Made by a program: the position numbers and the translations under genes
Part shown: positions 8,241-18,621 of the stretch, piece by piece
How positions within the stretch are numbered: the first letter of the stretch is position 1
How the letters are laid out: each line of letters opens with the position of its first letter
IMG/VR virus record: IMGVR_UViG_2519899835_000008
DNA from: a virus
Lineage: Duplodnaviria; Heunggongvirae; Uroviricota; Caudoviricetes
Strand: one strand, 5' to 3'
DNA: 39,548 bases
The notes under the pieces: generated by a model
Database searches by the model: none
What the model was told of the DNA's origin: nothing
What the model saw: the letters and a program-made list of their open reading frames with translations, nothing else

Positions 8241-9313
8241 GTGATTTCTCCTACCGTCAGCAGCTCACTGTCTCCCGCCTGAACTGACGTCAGCGGACTG
8301 CGCACTTCAAAATCCTCCAGATTTTTCACCCCTGCCACCGCCCGCCAGAAAGACGACGGCAGAACCAGACCGCCGGGCCGGGATTCGTTATACAACAGGT
8401 CGGTCAGCGCCTGTTTTACGGCCGCCTGATTCTCCGGTGTTTTCGGGATGATCCTGATGCTGAAGGGCACCGGCTTATTGGTCAGTTTAAACACGGTCAC
8501 CGTCGGCCCCAGAGGCTGTCCGACAGGCTGGCCGGTCGCCGGATCATCATGACTGCGGATATAATCCGCCACCCGCTGAACATCACCGTCACCGGGGAAA
8601 ATGTCCGGGTTATTATCCTGAACAAACGTTACCCCCACGCTGCCCGCCTGCGGCCATTCCGGGCGGCACCATGCCCGCGTCACGCCCGGCACTTCACGCG
8701 CCCAGCGTTCAAAATCATACTGCGTGCCGCCGGACGGTGGATTCTGCACCCGGAAAACCAGACGGGAAAGCAGCTCCGGCACGGTTTCCACATCCGCACC
8801 ACCGGTGATCCCCGTTCCGGTCACCGTGGCCGTCTGGTTGATCCCCGCCTGCGGTGTGATAAATGTCAGTTTTGTCCCTGCCGGGGCATTCCCCGCACGA
8901 CCGGCACTTTCGGCTTCCACACTGACATTCAGCGTACCGGCCTTACCGGTCAGGGAGGTGGTGATACGGTAAACCACACCATCACTTCGCTGGAGAAGCA
9001 CACCTTCCTTGATCCCCGCATCCGTGGTCAGCATCAGCTGAACCGGCCCGTCCCCCCGAGAGGCAGGCTTACGCATGACGCCCCAGAATGCACAGTGTTT
9101 CAGCAGTTCGGCTTCATCGGCTTCGGTCGGGATGATCTGACGCGCAATCCAGGCCAGATGCTCATGCTCCTGAGCAGATAACCCTGCCTGAGCGTAAGCA
9201 ATGGCATTCAGGGTGGTTTCATTCACACCCGGCTGCGAGCCGGGCAGGCGCTGGCTGATATCCTGCTGTGTCTGCGTGATTAACTGTGCCAGCGGTAAAG
9301 GCTGATAAGGCAT
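8231..9313 (-). CDS. Baseplate J-like protein (Mu gp47-like)
   Basis: 360-aa ORF in syntenic position; size and position match baseplate J family. Confidence 0.6.
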   Translation of the reverse strand: MPYQPLPLAQLITQTQQDISQRLPGSQPGVNETTLNAIAYAQAGLSAQEHEHLAWIARQIIPTEADEAELLKHCAFWGVMRKPASRGDGPVQLMLTTDAGIKEGVLLQRSDGVVYRITTSLTGKAGTLNVSVEAESAGRAGNAPAGTKLTFITPQAGINQTATVTGTGITGGADVETVPELLSRLVFRVQNPPSGGTQYDFERWAREVPGVTRAWCRPEWPQAGSVGVTFVQDNNPDIFPGDGDVQRVADYIRSHDDPATGQPVGQPLGPTVTVFKLTNKPVPFSIRIIPKTPENQAAVKQALTDLLYNESRPGGLVLPSSFWRAVAGVKNLEDFEVRSPLTSVQAGDSELLTVGEITWL

Positions 9314-9750
9314 TACTCCCCCTTAAGATCAGCATAAAAAATCATGGGCCTCACTGAACCATCAGGCAGGGTTATGCGCACCGAAAGCGCCAGCCGCGCG
9401 TGTCCCACACGTTCTGCATGACAGACCACGGATGACGCCACGCCATCCTGACTGAGCCAGCCCAGCGCCTCATCCGCGTAAGCACGGGCACGGCTTATCA
9501 CCGAGGCCAGCGTTTTTTCCCGGCGGAGAAGCCACAGACGGGAGCCAATGGGACGCGGGCGAAAACTGTCTCCCCACCATCCCCGGCGGTCACGCGTACC
9601 GTCAGGGATTTCATCCGATGCCAGCGCCCGGCGGTCAGTAAACAGCGAAATCAGAACGGCCGTCAGCAGACTGTCATCCGTCAGCAGGTCGGCACCGTTC
9701 AGTTGCAGCGAACCGCACCCCTGATCCCATACAATTGCAATATCAGCCAT
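9313..9750 (-). CDS. Baseplate protein, Mu gp46-like (start at internal Met of ORF 9313..9894)
   Basis: ATG at 9750 overlaps the stop of the upstream gene (ATGGCTGA); syntenic position. Confidence 0.55.
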   Translation of the reverse strand: MADIAIVWDQGCGSLQLNGADLLTDDSLLTAVLISLFTDRRALASDEIPDGTRDRRGWWGDSFRPRPIGSRLWLLRREKTLASVISRARAYADEALGWLSQDGVASSVVCHAERVGHARLALSVRITLPDGSVRPMIFYADLKGE

Positions 9751-10357
9751 TCTCCGGCGCTCCTGTCTTACTGCCTTTGCCGTTATCCTGATGCACATGG
9801 CCGGAATAGGTGATCCCGGCAATAACGGCATCAGACATCGTGAACAGCCCGTCTGATTTACCTGTACCATCAAGCACGAAATTACCCTTAACATGCAGGT
9901 TTTTATCCACCGTCACATTGCCCGTAAAGGTGGCCTCCGGCGTATCCACCCGCATCCCCTCATCGGCGTAAATCTCCAGCATTTTGCATGTCACAATAAT
10001 GCGACCATCCTTTGTTAACCGTATCCGGTGCCCCTCATGGTGATACACCCCCGTATCTCCGGCTGTGAGTCCGGTCGGGCGGCTGCGCCGGTCTTCCACC
10101 ACAAGCACCACAGTCTGATCCCGCTGTCCGCCCAGACAGGCAAAAAAGGTTTCCGCACCCGGCAGGGGAACGCTGATCTGCCCGTACTGCTGGGGACGCT
10201 CCACATCATCAAAGGTTTCGCCGTCCATGCCGGTGAGCTGCACATTCTGCATTTTCAGTTCGTCATGTGTGCCGGTCAGAACGCCCCGGCCAAACAACAG
10301 GCGAATACCGCGCGTTACCGGGGCAATCAGGCGGCTGAACACTTCATCATTCATCAA
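9743..10357 (-). CDS. Baseplate assembly/spike protein V-like (Mu gp45-like)
   Basis: 204-aa ORF in syntenic position between hub and wedge genes. Confidence 0.55.
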   Translation of the reverse strand: MMNDEVFSRLIAPVTRGIRLLFGRGVLTGTHDELKMQNVQLTGMDGETFDDVERPQQYGQISVPLPGAETFFACLGGQRDQTVVLVVEDRRSRPTGLTAGDTGVYHHEGHRIRLTKDGRIIVTCKMLEIYADEGMRVDTPEATFTGNVTVDKNLHVKGNFVLDGTGKSDGLFTMSDAVIAGITYSGHVHQDNGKGSKTGAPENG

Positions 10358-11471
10358 AGCTGATCCCCTGTTTTTTCATCTGCTGGCGAATAAAGGCATC
10401 AACATCGTCACCGGAACCACCCCGGCCCTTACTGTCCGGCTCTGCCGGAACGATAAAGCCGTCACGCGGTGCCAGTACCAGCCGGGTGACTTCCCCGTTA
10501 TGTTCATCAAGTAAAAACTCCACCTGACAGACCAGCAGTTCAGTCTGTTCTATACCGAAACGCAGGGCTGAAACACCGGTCAGCAGATTGACATCCCATA
10601 ACCGGCCATCATCCCGGAACCAGCCACGCACGGTGGCAGAAAACCGTTCTGAACGGGCAATCGCACGGCGCATTTCACGCAGGGCACGCTGCCGTGCACC
10701 GGTGGTGTCTGTCTGTTGATCGGCGAGGATGATTTTCGGCCGGTAGCGGCCGATCTGCTCATCACTGATGACGCCCACAGGTGCTGCCAGACGGGCGGCG
10801 GATTCGCTGTCTCCCCGTTTGCCACCACCGCGCCCGTGTCCCCGGACACGGTATTCGCTGTATCGTCCTCGCCAGTCCGTGTTGTAATCGGCATCAAGCA
10901 GGTTATCTCCCAGCACCAGTCTGTCCGTCTGCTGGCTTCCTGCCTGGGTGAACACCAGATCGCCGTCAGCATTACTGGTCACCAGCACCCCGCGATGCCG
11001 GGCAGCACGGGTCAGCGCATCCGCCACGGTTTCTGAGTTTTCCAGCGTAAAAGAGCTGAAGGGGCGTGCAGCCGTGTCGTCGTTAACCTGCCAGCGCACG
11101 GCTATCCCGAAGGGCGCACATAAATCTGCGGCAATCTGTGCCAGCGTCCGGTTGCGCCACTGGCTGCCGGGATGGATGGCGGCACAGTCCACCAGGTCGC
11201 CGGTTTTATCCCGACCGCTGATGCTGATCTGATGACGGGTTGCACTGATCCGCTGACTGACCTGATCCAGCCAGCCACTGATGACCGTCTGCCCGTTAAT
11301 TCTGAGCGTCAGGGACTGACCGGTTCGCAGGGCTGAGGGGATGCGCTCACCGGGCAGCATCAGCCCCAGTTCAAACGACCCGGCCAGATGCTCCAGCGAG
11401 CGACGGACGCTGACCGTCAGCCAGCCGGAAAAAATCTCACCGCCCAGATACAGTTCAACCCTGCTGCTCAC
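10347..11471 (-). CDS. Tail/baseplate hub protein (Mu P/gp44-like, P2 gpD-like)
   Basis: 374-aa ORF in syntenic position; short overlaps with neighbours typical of a tail operon. Confidence 0.55.
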   Translation of the reverse strand: MSSRVELYLGGEIFSGWLTVSVRRSLEHLAGSFELGLMLPGERIPSALRTGQSLTLRINGQTVISGWLDQVSQRISATRHQISISGRDKTGDLVDCAAIHPGSQWRNRTLAQIAADLCAPFGIAVRWQVNDDTAARPFSSFTLENSETVADALTRAARHRGVLVTSNADGDLVFTQAGSQQTDRLVLGDNLLDADYNTDWRGRYSEYRVRGHGRGGGKRGDSESAARLAAPVGVISDEQIGRYRPKIILADQQTDTTGARQRALREMRRAIARSERFSATVRGWFRDDGRLWDVNLLTGVSALRFGIEQTELLVCQVEFLLDEHNGEVTRLVLAPRDGFIVPAEPDSKGRGGSGDDVDAFIRQQMKKQGISFDE

Positions 11472-12825
11472 TAATCACCTCCACTGAATGGCCTCCGGGA
11501 ATGAACAGCGGATCAACAATACCGTTACGGCGCACAAAACGTTGCCAGCCGGTACTGTTCCCGGTGGCACGGTACAGGGTCACCAGTGCAGGCTCGGTGG
11601 TACGTACAGTCACTACTGTTGCACCGGGTAGCTGAACTCCCCGTGTATTCAGATCCTCTGTCAGTGCCAGTCTGGCATCACGAAGCGTCAGCGCCGTGGC
11701 GGTATACCCCTGCCCGGACAGTGTCATCACCTGCCGTTCGAGCGCTTCGCTTAAGTCACGGTTAATGCGCTGAAGATCAACTGAACTTTCCAGCCAGACA
11801 GGCCAGGTACGGTGGGCTGCGTCACTGTCCGGCAGGGTTTCCTGACTGAGAACCTGATCCAGCAGTTTTCCCACGGTCTGTGCCTGGGCCACCACGGCAG
11901 CACTCTGCATTACCGCCCGTATCAGACGAATATTCTTTTGTGCTGCCGGTGTCAGACCGATGAGAGTCTGCGGATTATCCTGCTCATCCAGCACGTAACG
12001 CAGGGAAGATAATGTCCTGTACAGTTGCGGCATTCCCTGAGAGACGGCGGATGTCGTCCGACCGATACTGCCTCCGGGCCGGGTATTCAGGCCTCCTGAA
12101 GACAGTGACGGCAGCGATGGCAGGGTGATCAGGGCACTGAAAAGCCCCGCAAAAGATGAGGCCATGCGGGAAGGTGCTGTCAGTAATGCCGTGGCATTCC
12201 CTTTCAGCGCCGTGAACGTGGCAGTAAAGGCACTGATATCCTGTACAATCCCCATGCCGGAAACGGCATTTTCCAGGGCGGACACCTTATCGCTGATGGT
12301 TTCGGTCATTGCCTGGACATCGTGCATTCCGTCAGAAATCACCGTCCAGCCCGCTTCCAGGGTTTCAAAAACCTTCCCGAGCGCGGTGGTACTCTTCTGC
12401 TCCAGAATGGCGGCCGTGTCCTGTGTGACAGCAGGTGCGGTATCATCACTTACCGGCGTGACATTAATGGTGAACTCAACCACGCCCTGTTCAGCAGCGT
12501 TATAACGACTTTCAAAGCTGTTTATCAGCACATTTAACGTGCCGTAATCCGGGTGAAGCAGCTCCCCGGCACCGGGAGCACGAAGGGCATCACGCAGACG
12601 ATTTCGCTGTGTCTGAACATCATCCCCCATCACAAGTACACTGAACGTAAATTCAGCCAGTTTAGGTCCCAGATCGTCTGCACCACCGGTTTCCCGTAAC
12701 GGATACTCCCGACGGACAATGTTTCGCCCGCCACGTTCGCGCTGCTCACGCCAGACGAGGAACGGCACACCACGGAACGCACCACGACCGTCACCAGAGG
12801 CCATAATTCCCTCCGTTCCAGACAT
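11455..12825 (-). CDS. DNA circulation protein N-like (Mu gp43-like)
   Basis: 456-aa ORF directly downstream of the tape measure gene; start may be the Met at about 12804. Confidence 0.55.
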   Translation of the reverse strand: MSGTEGIMASGDGRGAFRGVPFLVWREQRERGGRNIVRREYPLRETGGADDLGPKLAEFTFSVLVMGDDVQTQRNRLRDALRAPGAGELLHPDYGTLNVLINSFESRYNAAEQGVVEFTINVTPVSDDTAPAVTQDTAAILEQKSTTALGKVFETLEAGWTVISDGMHDVQAMTETISDKVSALENAVSGMGIVQDISAFTATFTALKGNATALLTAPSRMASSFAGLFSALITLPSLPSLSSGGLNTRPGGSIGRTTSAVSQGMPQLYRTLSSLRYVLDEQDNPQTLIGLTPAAQKNIRLIRAVMQSAAVVAQAQTVGKLLDQVLSQETLPDSDAAHRTWPVWLESSVDLQRINRDLSEALERQVMTLSGQGYTATALTLRDARLALTEDLNTRGVQLPGATVVTVRTTEPALVTLYRATGNSTGWQRFVRRNGIVDPLFIPGGHSVEVISEQQG

Positions 12826-14866
12826 TCACATCCAGTCCGTGACCGGACGTGTCATCAATATCAATACTGCGAGCCTGCCACCCTTCCGGGGCAACCAGCT
12901 CCACACGGGCAGAGGCTTTTTGTACCGCCTGTCCACTGCTTTCATCATCACTGCCCCGTAATTTCTGCCAGGCTTCAGTCAGCCATCCCCCCAGATAGTT
13001 ACCGAGATAGCTGCCCACCGTAGAACCAATGGCAATCCCCACAGGTCCGGCTGCCGCCCCCAGCGCACCACCGGCAATACTGCCTGCAAGAGAGCCGACC
13101 GCTTCTCCCTTGTCTGTGGCACTGGCGCTGCCATCCAGCAGAACCGGGGCTGCCATCGCGCCAGCCCACAGGGCACCTCCACCCAGCCGGCCGGCCAGTC
13201 CACCGGCACTGCGGAAAAAGCCGGAGAAACGCCCCAGCCCCATGCGGCTACCGACAGACGAAAGTAACCCACCGGCGCGCCCCATCATGCGCCCCCAGAA
13301 CCCTGCCCCACCAGAAGAGGGAGACGGTGGCACTGGGGACGGTGGCAGGGGGGGCGTGACCGGTCTTCCGCGCCCCGGTCCGCGTTTCCTGCGGCCCCGC
13401 CCCTGACGTCCGCCTGAGGATGTATCGGTCGCGCCGGTGCCGGACAGTCCTCCTGTGGGCCAGTTTGTTACAAGTACTGGCTGAACGGCTGCCGGATTTA
13501 CCCCGGTAAGAAAGTTTATAAAACGTTGCCCTCGTCCCTGAGATGTGCCTGGTGGTGTTCCGGCCGGAGGAGAGCGCCGGAAAGGTGAGGTCAGGAAGGC
13601 CGCCGCTGATAATCCGTATCCCAGCAATGCAGCACCCGGACGTATAATCCCCGTTCCGACAGCTCGCGCCATTTTCAGGGCACGGGTGGCGAGATACATG
13701 TACAGCAGGTATTTCGCGGCGGTCTGTGCCCCCTGACCAATGCGATCCAGCGCATCACCATAGCCCGCATCCCGCAGAGCCTGAAGCGTGTCGCGTACCT
13801 TTCTGATCGCCTGATAAAACCCTGTCACTGCATCACGGGCATACTCAAAGCCCTGGTTCATGGCTGATGCCGTGCTTTCCGCCAGGGAATGGTAACTGCC
13901 ATCAGATTTGGCACTGTCAACCCATGAAAGAAATCCCCTGAGATTACCCTTCAGTTTTTCAAATGGCCCACTGTCCATCACATCCCGGGCAAACTGGTCC
14001 CAGACGTCACCCATCATGGCCGTCAGGCCACTCCAGGAATTCATTGCGTCCTTTTGTGCTCCCCTGGCCTGTTCCGCCAGCGTCTGAAATAACAGGCGAA
14101 TACTGTCCGGCCCAAGCAGCCCTTTTTCACCAAGTTTTCTGACCACTTTCTGGTCCACACCCAGACGATCAGCCAGCACGCGGTAGGCATTAATGCCGTA
14201 GGTGGCAAGAATATTTGCATCCGCCGCCTGAATACTGCCTCTTGCATACATCTGTTTCAGTTGCAGGGATGCCCCCTGTGCATCGGACAGTGACCAGCCG
14301 CCCACGGCACCCTGATCCTGAAGCATGGTGACAAAATTTCGGGCCTCCCTGTCACTCATACCAAAGCCCAGACTGGACGTATATTCCTGCATGACGCCAG
14401 CCAGCCCCCAGGTGGTTTCCTTCGCATTCTGTATTGCCCACCTGCGGACATCATCAGTTTTCGCCCGATCCCCTTTGTAAAGGGAGTTCAGGCGAATCAT
14501 ATAGGTTTCCATCTCCGCTGCCGGGCGAATAAATCCCCGGTTAAAGCCATATACAGCAGCACCACCGGCCAGCATTCCGTAAAGATTGCTGATCCGCCCG
14601 ATGGTGCCGGTAATACTGCCCTGAAGACGGTCAAAATCAGAAGTGACATGGCGGATACTGCCCCGCACCCCGGCCAGCGTGCGCTGCATCCTGCTTCCGA
14701 GTACATCTGTTTCCTGCCCGGCACGGCGGGCAGCATTTCCCAGGCCACCCAGCCCCGCCTGGCCGGAGCGTGAGAATGCCCCCAGCTCCTGTGACCACTG
14801 GCGGGATTTGGCTGAGATATTGCCGAGCAAATCAACTATCAGAGATGCTCTGAGATTTCGGGCCAT
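12791..14866 (-). CDS. Tail tape measure protein
   Basis: 691-aa ORF between tail chaperone and baseplate genes; Gly/Ala-rich hydrophobic C-terminal region and Pro/Gly/Arg-rich low-complexity stretch. Confidence 0.75.
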   Translation of the reverse strand: MARNLRASLIVDLLGNISAKSRQWSQELGAFSRSGQAGLGGLGNAARRAGQETDVLGSRMQRTLAGVRGSIRHVTSDFDRLQGSITGTIGRISNLYGMLAGGAAVYGFNRGFIRPAAEMETYMIRLNSLYKGDRAKTDDVRRWAIQNAKETTWGLAGVMQEYTSSLGFGMSDREARNFVTMLQDQGAVGGWSLSDAQGASLQLKQMYARGSIQAADANILATYGINAYRVLADRLGVDQKVVRKLGEKGLLGPDSIRLLFQTLAEQARGAQKDAMNSWSGLTAMMGDVWDQFARDVMDSGPFEKLKGNLRGFLSWVDSAKSDGSYHSLAESTASAMNQGFEYARDAVTGFYQAIRKVRDTLQALRDAGYGDALDRIGQGAQTAAKYLLYMYLATRALKMARAVGTGIIRPGAALLGYGLSAAAFLTSPFRRSPPAGTPPGTSQGRGQRFINFLTGVNPAAVQPVLVTNWPTGGLSGTGATDTSSGGRQGRGRRKRGPGRGRPVTPPLPPSPVPPSPSSGGAGFWGRMMGRAGGLLSSVGSRMGLGRFSGFFRSAGGLAGRLGGGALWAGAMAAPVLLDGSASATDKGEAVGSLAGSIAGGALGAAAGPVGIAIGSTVGSYLGNYLGGWLTEAWQKLRGSDDESSGQAVQKASARVELVAPEGWQARSIDIDDTSGHGLDVNVWNGGNYGLW

Positions 14867-14992
14867 ACTTACTGCTTCGTTCTGATGATTTTTTCTGTCT
14901 GTCGGCAGTGCCGGTAAAGTTGCGACAGGGGGAGGTTAAGCGCCCATTCCGGACCGCTTTTTGTCACCATCCCTAGGATAATTGCCGCTTCT

Positions 14993-15487
14993 TCAATCTG
15001 ATCCCGACACTGCGCCTGATCGCCCCCGGTCAGCTGCCAGCTTTCCGGCAAGCGCGGTATCCAGCAGGCTGACCGCTGCCATCAGGCGGGAGAGATCGCG
15101 CTCGCTTAACTGTCCAATCTGACGGGGTGACAACGGACCTTCAATGTCTCCCACTGCGGCAATCTGACGGCGCAGCAGTGCAACACCGCGTAACGACGGA
15201 GACGCTATCAGCATCGGGCCATTGTTTGTCTCCACCACGCGCTCGGCTTCTGCTTCTGCGTCAATACTGTCTTTCGCTGTCAGTTCCCGGAACGTGACAC
15301 GATATTCACGGGTCTCACCAAACGGCAGACCATCAAGCAGATCCACATATCCCTTTGCCAGTTGCTCTGTCAGCCCGGCAGTGCGTGGATCAGCCCCCTC
15401 AAGTGCTTCCCGGATTGCCTCCATCACGGCTGCCTCGGAAACTGCCGTTTTTTTCTTACGTGTGGTCATTTTATTTTTCCTGATCAC
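14993..15487 (-). CDS. Tail assembly chaperone (Mu gp41-like)
   Basis: 164-aa acidic ORF between tail tube and tape measure genes; overlapped at its 3' end by a +1-frame ORF (14869-15051). Confidence 0.55.
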   Translation of the reverse strand: MIRKNKMTTRKKKTAVSEAAVMEAIREALEGADPRTAGLTEQLAKGYVDLLDGLPFGETREYRVTFRELTAKDSIDAEAEAERVVETNNGPMLIASPSLRGVALLRRQIAAVGDIEGPLSPRQIGQLSERDLSRLMAAVSLLDTALAGKLAADRGRSGAVSGSD

Positions 15488-15849
15488 TGAACACGGGTAC
15501 TGGAGGCGCTGGCGAACTTCACGGAGATCTCCCCGCCACCGTCAAGCGAGGCCGGTTCACTGCTCCAGGCCTTCGTCATCATGTGGACTTCACCGGTATC
15601 GGCCACGAACTCAATCGTGACCGCAGTCCAGGTGTTGATTTCATCGGCAGCCGGTGAACCTTCTCCGCCAGCCGGAAATTTACAGTCCAGCGTCGCCTCA
15701 CGGGGTTTCTCGCGATAGCCGTAGACTTTCGCGCCTTTCACCACTTCACGCTCAAAGCCGGACGGGGAGAACGTGGCTCCCTCAAGGGTGGCGTACTCCT
15801 GTCCGTTCACACGGATGGTGGCCGTGCCCTGATACTGTTTTCCGCTCAT
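15484..15849 (-). CDS. Tail tube protein (Mu M/gp40-like)
   Basis: 121-aa ORF immediately downstream of the sheath gene; size matches Mu tube protein. Confidence 0.7.
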   Translation of the reverse strand: MSGKQYQGTATIRVNGQEYATLEGATFSPSGFEREVVKGAKVYGYREKPREATLDCKFPAGGEGSPAADEINTWTAVTIEFVADTGEVHMMTKAWSSEPASLDGGGEISVKFASASSTRVQ

Positions 15850-15857
15850 GCCTTACC

Positions 15858-17360
15858 TCACAAAATGAAACGGATCTGCGCGGCCATGAAGCGGAACTGG
15901 TTAACCAGATCCGGTGTACACATCACATCCAGACGGTTACGGTCTTTTGTGTTGCGCTCCACGAGCAGATTCTTTTTAAAGGTGTCCAGATTTTCGACCA
16001 GTCCCAGATCCACCCATTCTTCCCCCAGTGCAATCAGCTGGAGCGTCATAATCTCCGGCGTCACGATATTCTGACCGGGCCGGACGGGAGTACCGTTATC
16101 GGCCAGTTTGTGGCGCGGGAAACGCTGCGTGATAAAGGTGCGCAGAGAATAACGCAGATATGACAGGGTGTAGATGGTTTCCACATCCAGATAGCTGGGA
16201 TCGCTTTCGCCGTATGCATTCTGACGGTACATCGTCACCTGACGTTCAATCTGCACCACATCAGCGGCCGCGACGGTCACCGTGGACATGCCGGTATAAA
16301 GCAGGCTGTTTCGTTCTTCCCGCGTCAGACGAGCCGGTGCTTCAGGTGCCATACGGGCAGGCAGCGCCAGTGTCTGTAATGGTCGGGCCGGATCCGTTGA
16401 CAGGGAGGGCGCACAGACCGCACAAATGGAGGCCGCCCAGACATAATCCGGCTCTGGTGCTTTAGGAATAGAAGTGCAGGTAAACAGGAAGTCATTACGG
16501 GATTCACCAAAACTGGTTGCCGTACCGAAGGTGCCGGTATGCGCCATCCAGACCATACCGTCCGACATTTTTACCGGTCCCCAGCGTTTCAGCAGTTCAT
16601 CCGCCAGAATTTTGAGATTTGCCGCATCCTTATAGGGCATGACGATGTAGTTGTACTGACGATTCCCCATCCCTGAGACGCTACGGGTGATATCGGGGTT
16701 TGTTGCCTTCTGTGTTGGCGCGACGAGCTCCAGCGTAAGACCGGCCGGTGTAGTTTCACCGTCATAATAGTTCACCCGTAAATCATGAGCTGAGCATTCA
16801 CCGATAAAGCGGGCGTTAACCCCCATGCTGCCTTTAAGTCCTTCAGCATTATCACCACTGACTTCAGCTGCGATAGCAGTGAATGGCGCATCAGTGTCAG
16901 CGTTAATGACCTTAACCAGCTCTTCCACAAGCTCTTTACCTTTTTTCCCCTTACTGACGGGCAGGAGGTAACGGCGACCGCCGATGTAAACACTTAATAC
17001 CCCGTCTGCCAATGCTGTTCCAATGATATTCATCACGCATGCCCTGGACTGACCTGTTCCAGCCCCCTGTGCAATGGCATATAACTCTGTGTCAGGGTTA
17101 ATGGCGATAAATTCCTCTACCATCAGTGCAATCATGGAACCTCGCCCCCAGAGTTCTCTTGCTTGTGAAGCTCGGGTAATACGTACTGGTACATCAAGCT
17201 GACCGCGCCCCTGAATGGTAGTGTCTTTCATTGCAGCCTGACCAAACAACAGTACCGCCTGACGCTGTGGTGGAGTGCCGGTCACGGCCATTGAATTATT
17301 GATTTCAATCTGTACCAGCGGAATGCGATTGTTATCGCCGATATAATCAAAGTTAATCAT
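15858..17360 (-). CDS. Contractile tail sheath protein (Mu L/gp39-like)
   Basis: 500-aa ORF; size and position upstream of tube gene match myovirus sheath. Confidence 0.75.
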   Translation of the reverse strand: MINFDYIGDNNRIPLVQIEINNSMAVTGTPPQRQAVLLFGQAAMKDTTIQGRGQLDVPVRITRASQARELWGRGSMIALMVEEFIAINPDTELYAIAQGAGTGQSRACVMNIIGTALADGVLSVYIGGRRYLLPVSKGKKGKELVEELVKVINADTDAPFTAIAAEVSGDNAEGLKGSMGVNARFIGECSAHDLRVNYYDGETTPAGLTLELVAPTQKATNPDITRSVSGMGNRQYNYIVMPYKDAANLKILADELLKRWGPVKMSDGMVWMAHTGTFGTATSFGESRNDFLFTCTSIPKAPEPDYVWAASICAVCAPSLSTDPARPLQTLALPARMAPEAPARLTREERNSLLYTGMSTVTVAAADVVQIERQVTMYRQNAYGESDPSYLDVETIYTLSYLRYSLRTFITQRFPRHKLADNGTPVRPGQNIVTPEIMTLQLIALGEEWVDLGLVENLDTFKKNLLVERNTKDRNRLDVMCTPDLVNQFRFMAAQIRFIL

Positions 17361-17638
17361 CAGGACGTCCCCTTATCTGATGCTGCGGTTTTTTCAGCCA
17401 CCGCCGCAGTTTTTTCTGCTACCGCTCCCGCTGGTTTTGCAGCCTCGCCGGTATTAGCAGTTGTGGCAGCCGGGGCAGGCTCCGCCGTTTTATCCACCAC
17501 AATGACGTCGCCATCATTAAGACGGCGGCACCAGAACGGGGTGAAGGGTTTCTCTTCACCGTCCTGTGAGAGCGGAGTCATCGTGTCGGGATCGCGAATC
17601 AGGCATCCCGGCGCAGGTTTAATAAAAATGGTTGTCAT
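17360..17638 (-). CDS. Hypothetical virion protein, Mu gp38-like
   Basis: 92-aa ORF with Ala/Thr/Lys-rich C-terminus; syntenic position before sheath gene. Confidence 0.5.
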   Translation of the reverse strand: MTTIFIKPAPGCLIRDPDTMTPLSQDGEEKPFTPFWCRRLNDGDVIVVDKTAEPAPAATTANTGEAAKPAGAVAEKTAAVAEKTAASDKGTS

Positions 17639-17641
17639 CTG

Positions 17642-18205
17642 TTATTCCTCTGACGGTCCGGCGTTTTCACCGGCGGCAGTTGCACCAGGCAGACGGATGT
17701 GTGCCTTAAACTCCGGCGTGCCTTCCGGTTCGGTAAAGGTTTCGTAATGGCGCAGGAAATCATCCAGCGAGCTGATATCCGTCAGCGGGTCGATCATTTC
17801 CTCGCATGAGAAATACAGGGCGTACATCACGGCACCGCTGCCTGCCTGCGTTTCGGTGTAACCGTTGACCGCCTTTTCAAAGTAAAGCGGTGAGGTTTTT
17901 TCTGCTCTGAAGCCGTCCAGCACGGTAATCAGGCGGGCCACAATCTGATAAAGCCCGGGACGGCTGACCTCACGGCCATTGAGCATGTCGCCGATGACGT
18001 AGAACACCCAGTGACTGACCAGACGCCCACGGGTACGCCCTTCACCGGCACCCAGCCAGGCAACATAGATAGCCGGGGCGTTAATCAGCATGGTGCGCAG
18101 TACGCTGTCGCTCCAGTCGCCGGGATGTGTGTCAACAGACACCAGTTCATTCCCGAAATACTCACGGATACGGGCGATGTACGCCTGCTCGGTTTCCGTA
18201 ATCAT
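17642..18205 (-). CDS. Virion morphogenesis protein, Mu gp37-like
   Basis: 187-aa ORF in syntenic position. Confidence 0.55.
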   Translation of the reverse strand: MITETEQAYIARIREYFGNELVSVDTHPGDWSDSVLRTMLINAPAIYVAWLGAGEGRTRGRLVSHWVFYVIGDMLNGREVSRPGLYQIVARLITVLDGFRAEKTSPLYFEKAVNGYTETQAGSGAVMYALYFSCEEMIDPLTDISSLDDFLRHYETFTEPEGTPEFKAHIRLPGATAAGENAGPSEE

Positions 18206-18621
18206 ATAAAGCCCTTCTGGTTGCGCCCGAACACCGCCGCATCAGACTGCACCTGCGGTAAATCCCCGGATTCAGGGGCCGCACCGTCTGTATCCACGCC
18301 GACCGGCACGTTACCGTTCATGACATCTTTCAGCCAGGCCAGCGCCTCACGGTAACGGTCACGCGCCTGATCGGATGCCCGCTGATCGCACAGGTAATAA
18401 AAGGCAATCGTGCAGCAATGCTGAACAAGGACCGCCGGAACCACCGCCAGCGGCAGCGTGTAACGGGAAGACAGATAGCTGTCGATAAGGGCAGACGCGT
18501 CCGTCAGTGCCCGGTTCAGCTTGCGCGTGTCCGGTTCATCCGAACGGGGCACGGCCAGTAATGGCCTGAGCAAATCCTCGCGGTAACGTGCCCGCATATC
18601 GGTTTCGGTGGCGTAATTCAT
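18202..18621 (-). CDS. Head-tail joining protein, Mu gp36-like
   Basis: 139-aa ORF; stop/start overlap with neighbours. Confidence 0.55.
   Translation of the reverse strand: MNYATETDMRARYREDLLRPLLAVPRSDEPDTRKLNRALTDASALIDSYLSSRYTLPLAVVPAVLVQHCCTIAFYYLCDQRASDQARDRYREALAWLKDVMNGNVPVGVDTDGAAPESGDLPQVQSDAAVFGRNQKGFI

Noticed and set aside
12979-13406. ORFs on both strands inside the tape measure gene (12979..13272 -, 13029..13406 +)
   Set aside because: Pro/Arg/Gly-rich alternative-frame readings of a GC-rich low-complexity segment; no start signals; nested in a well-supported gene.
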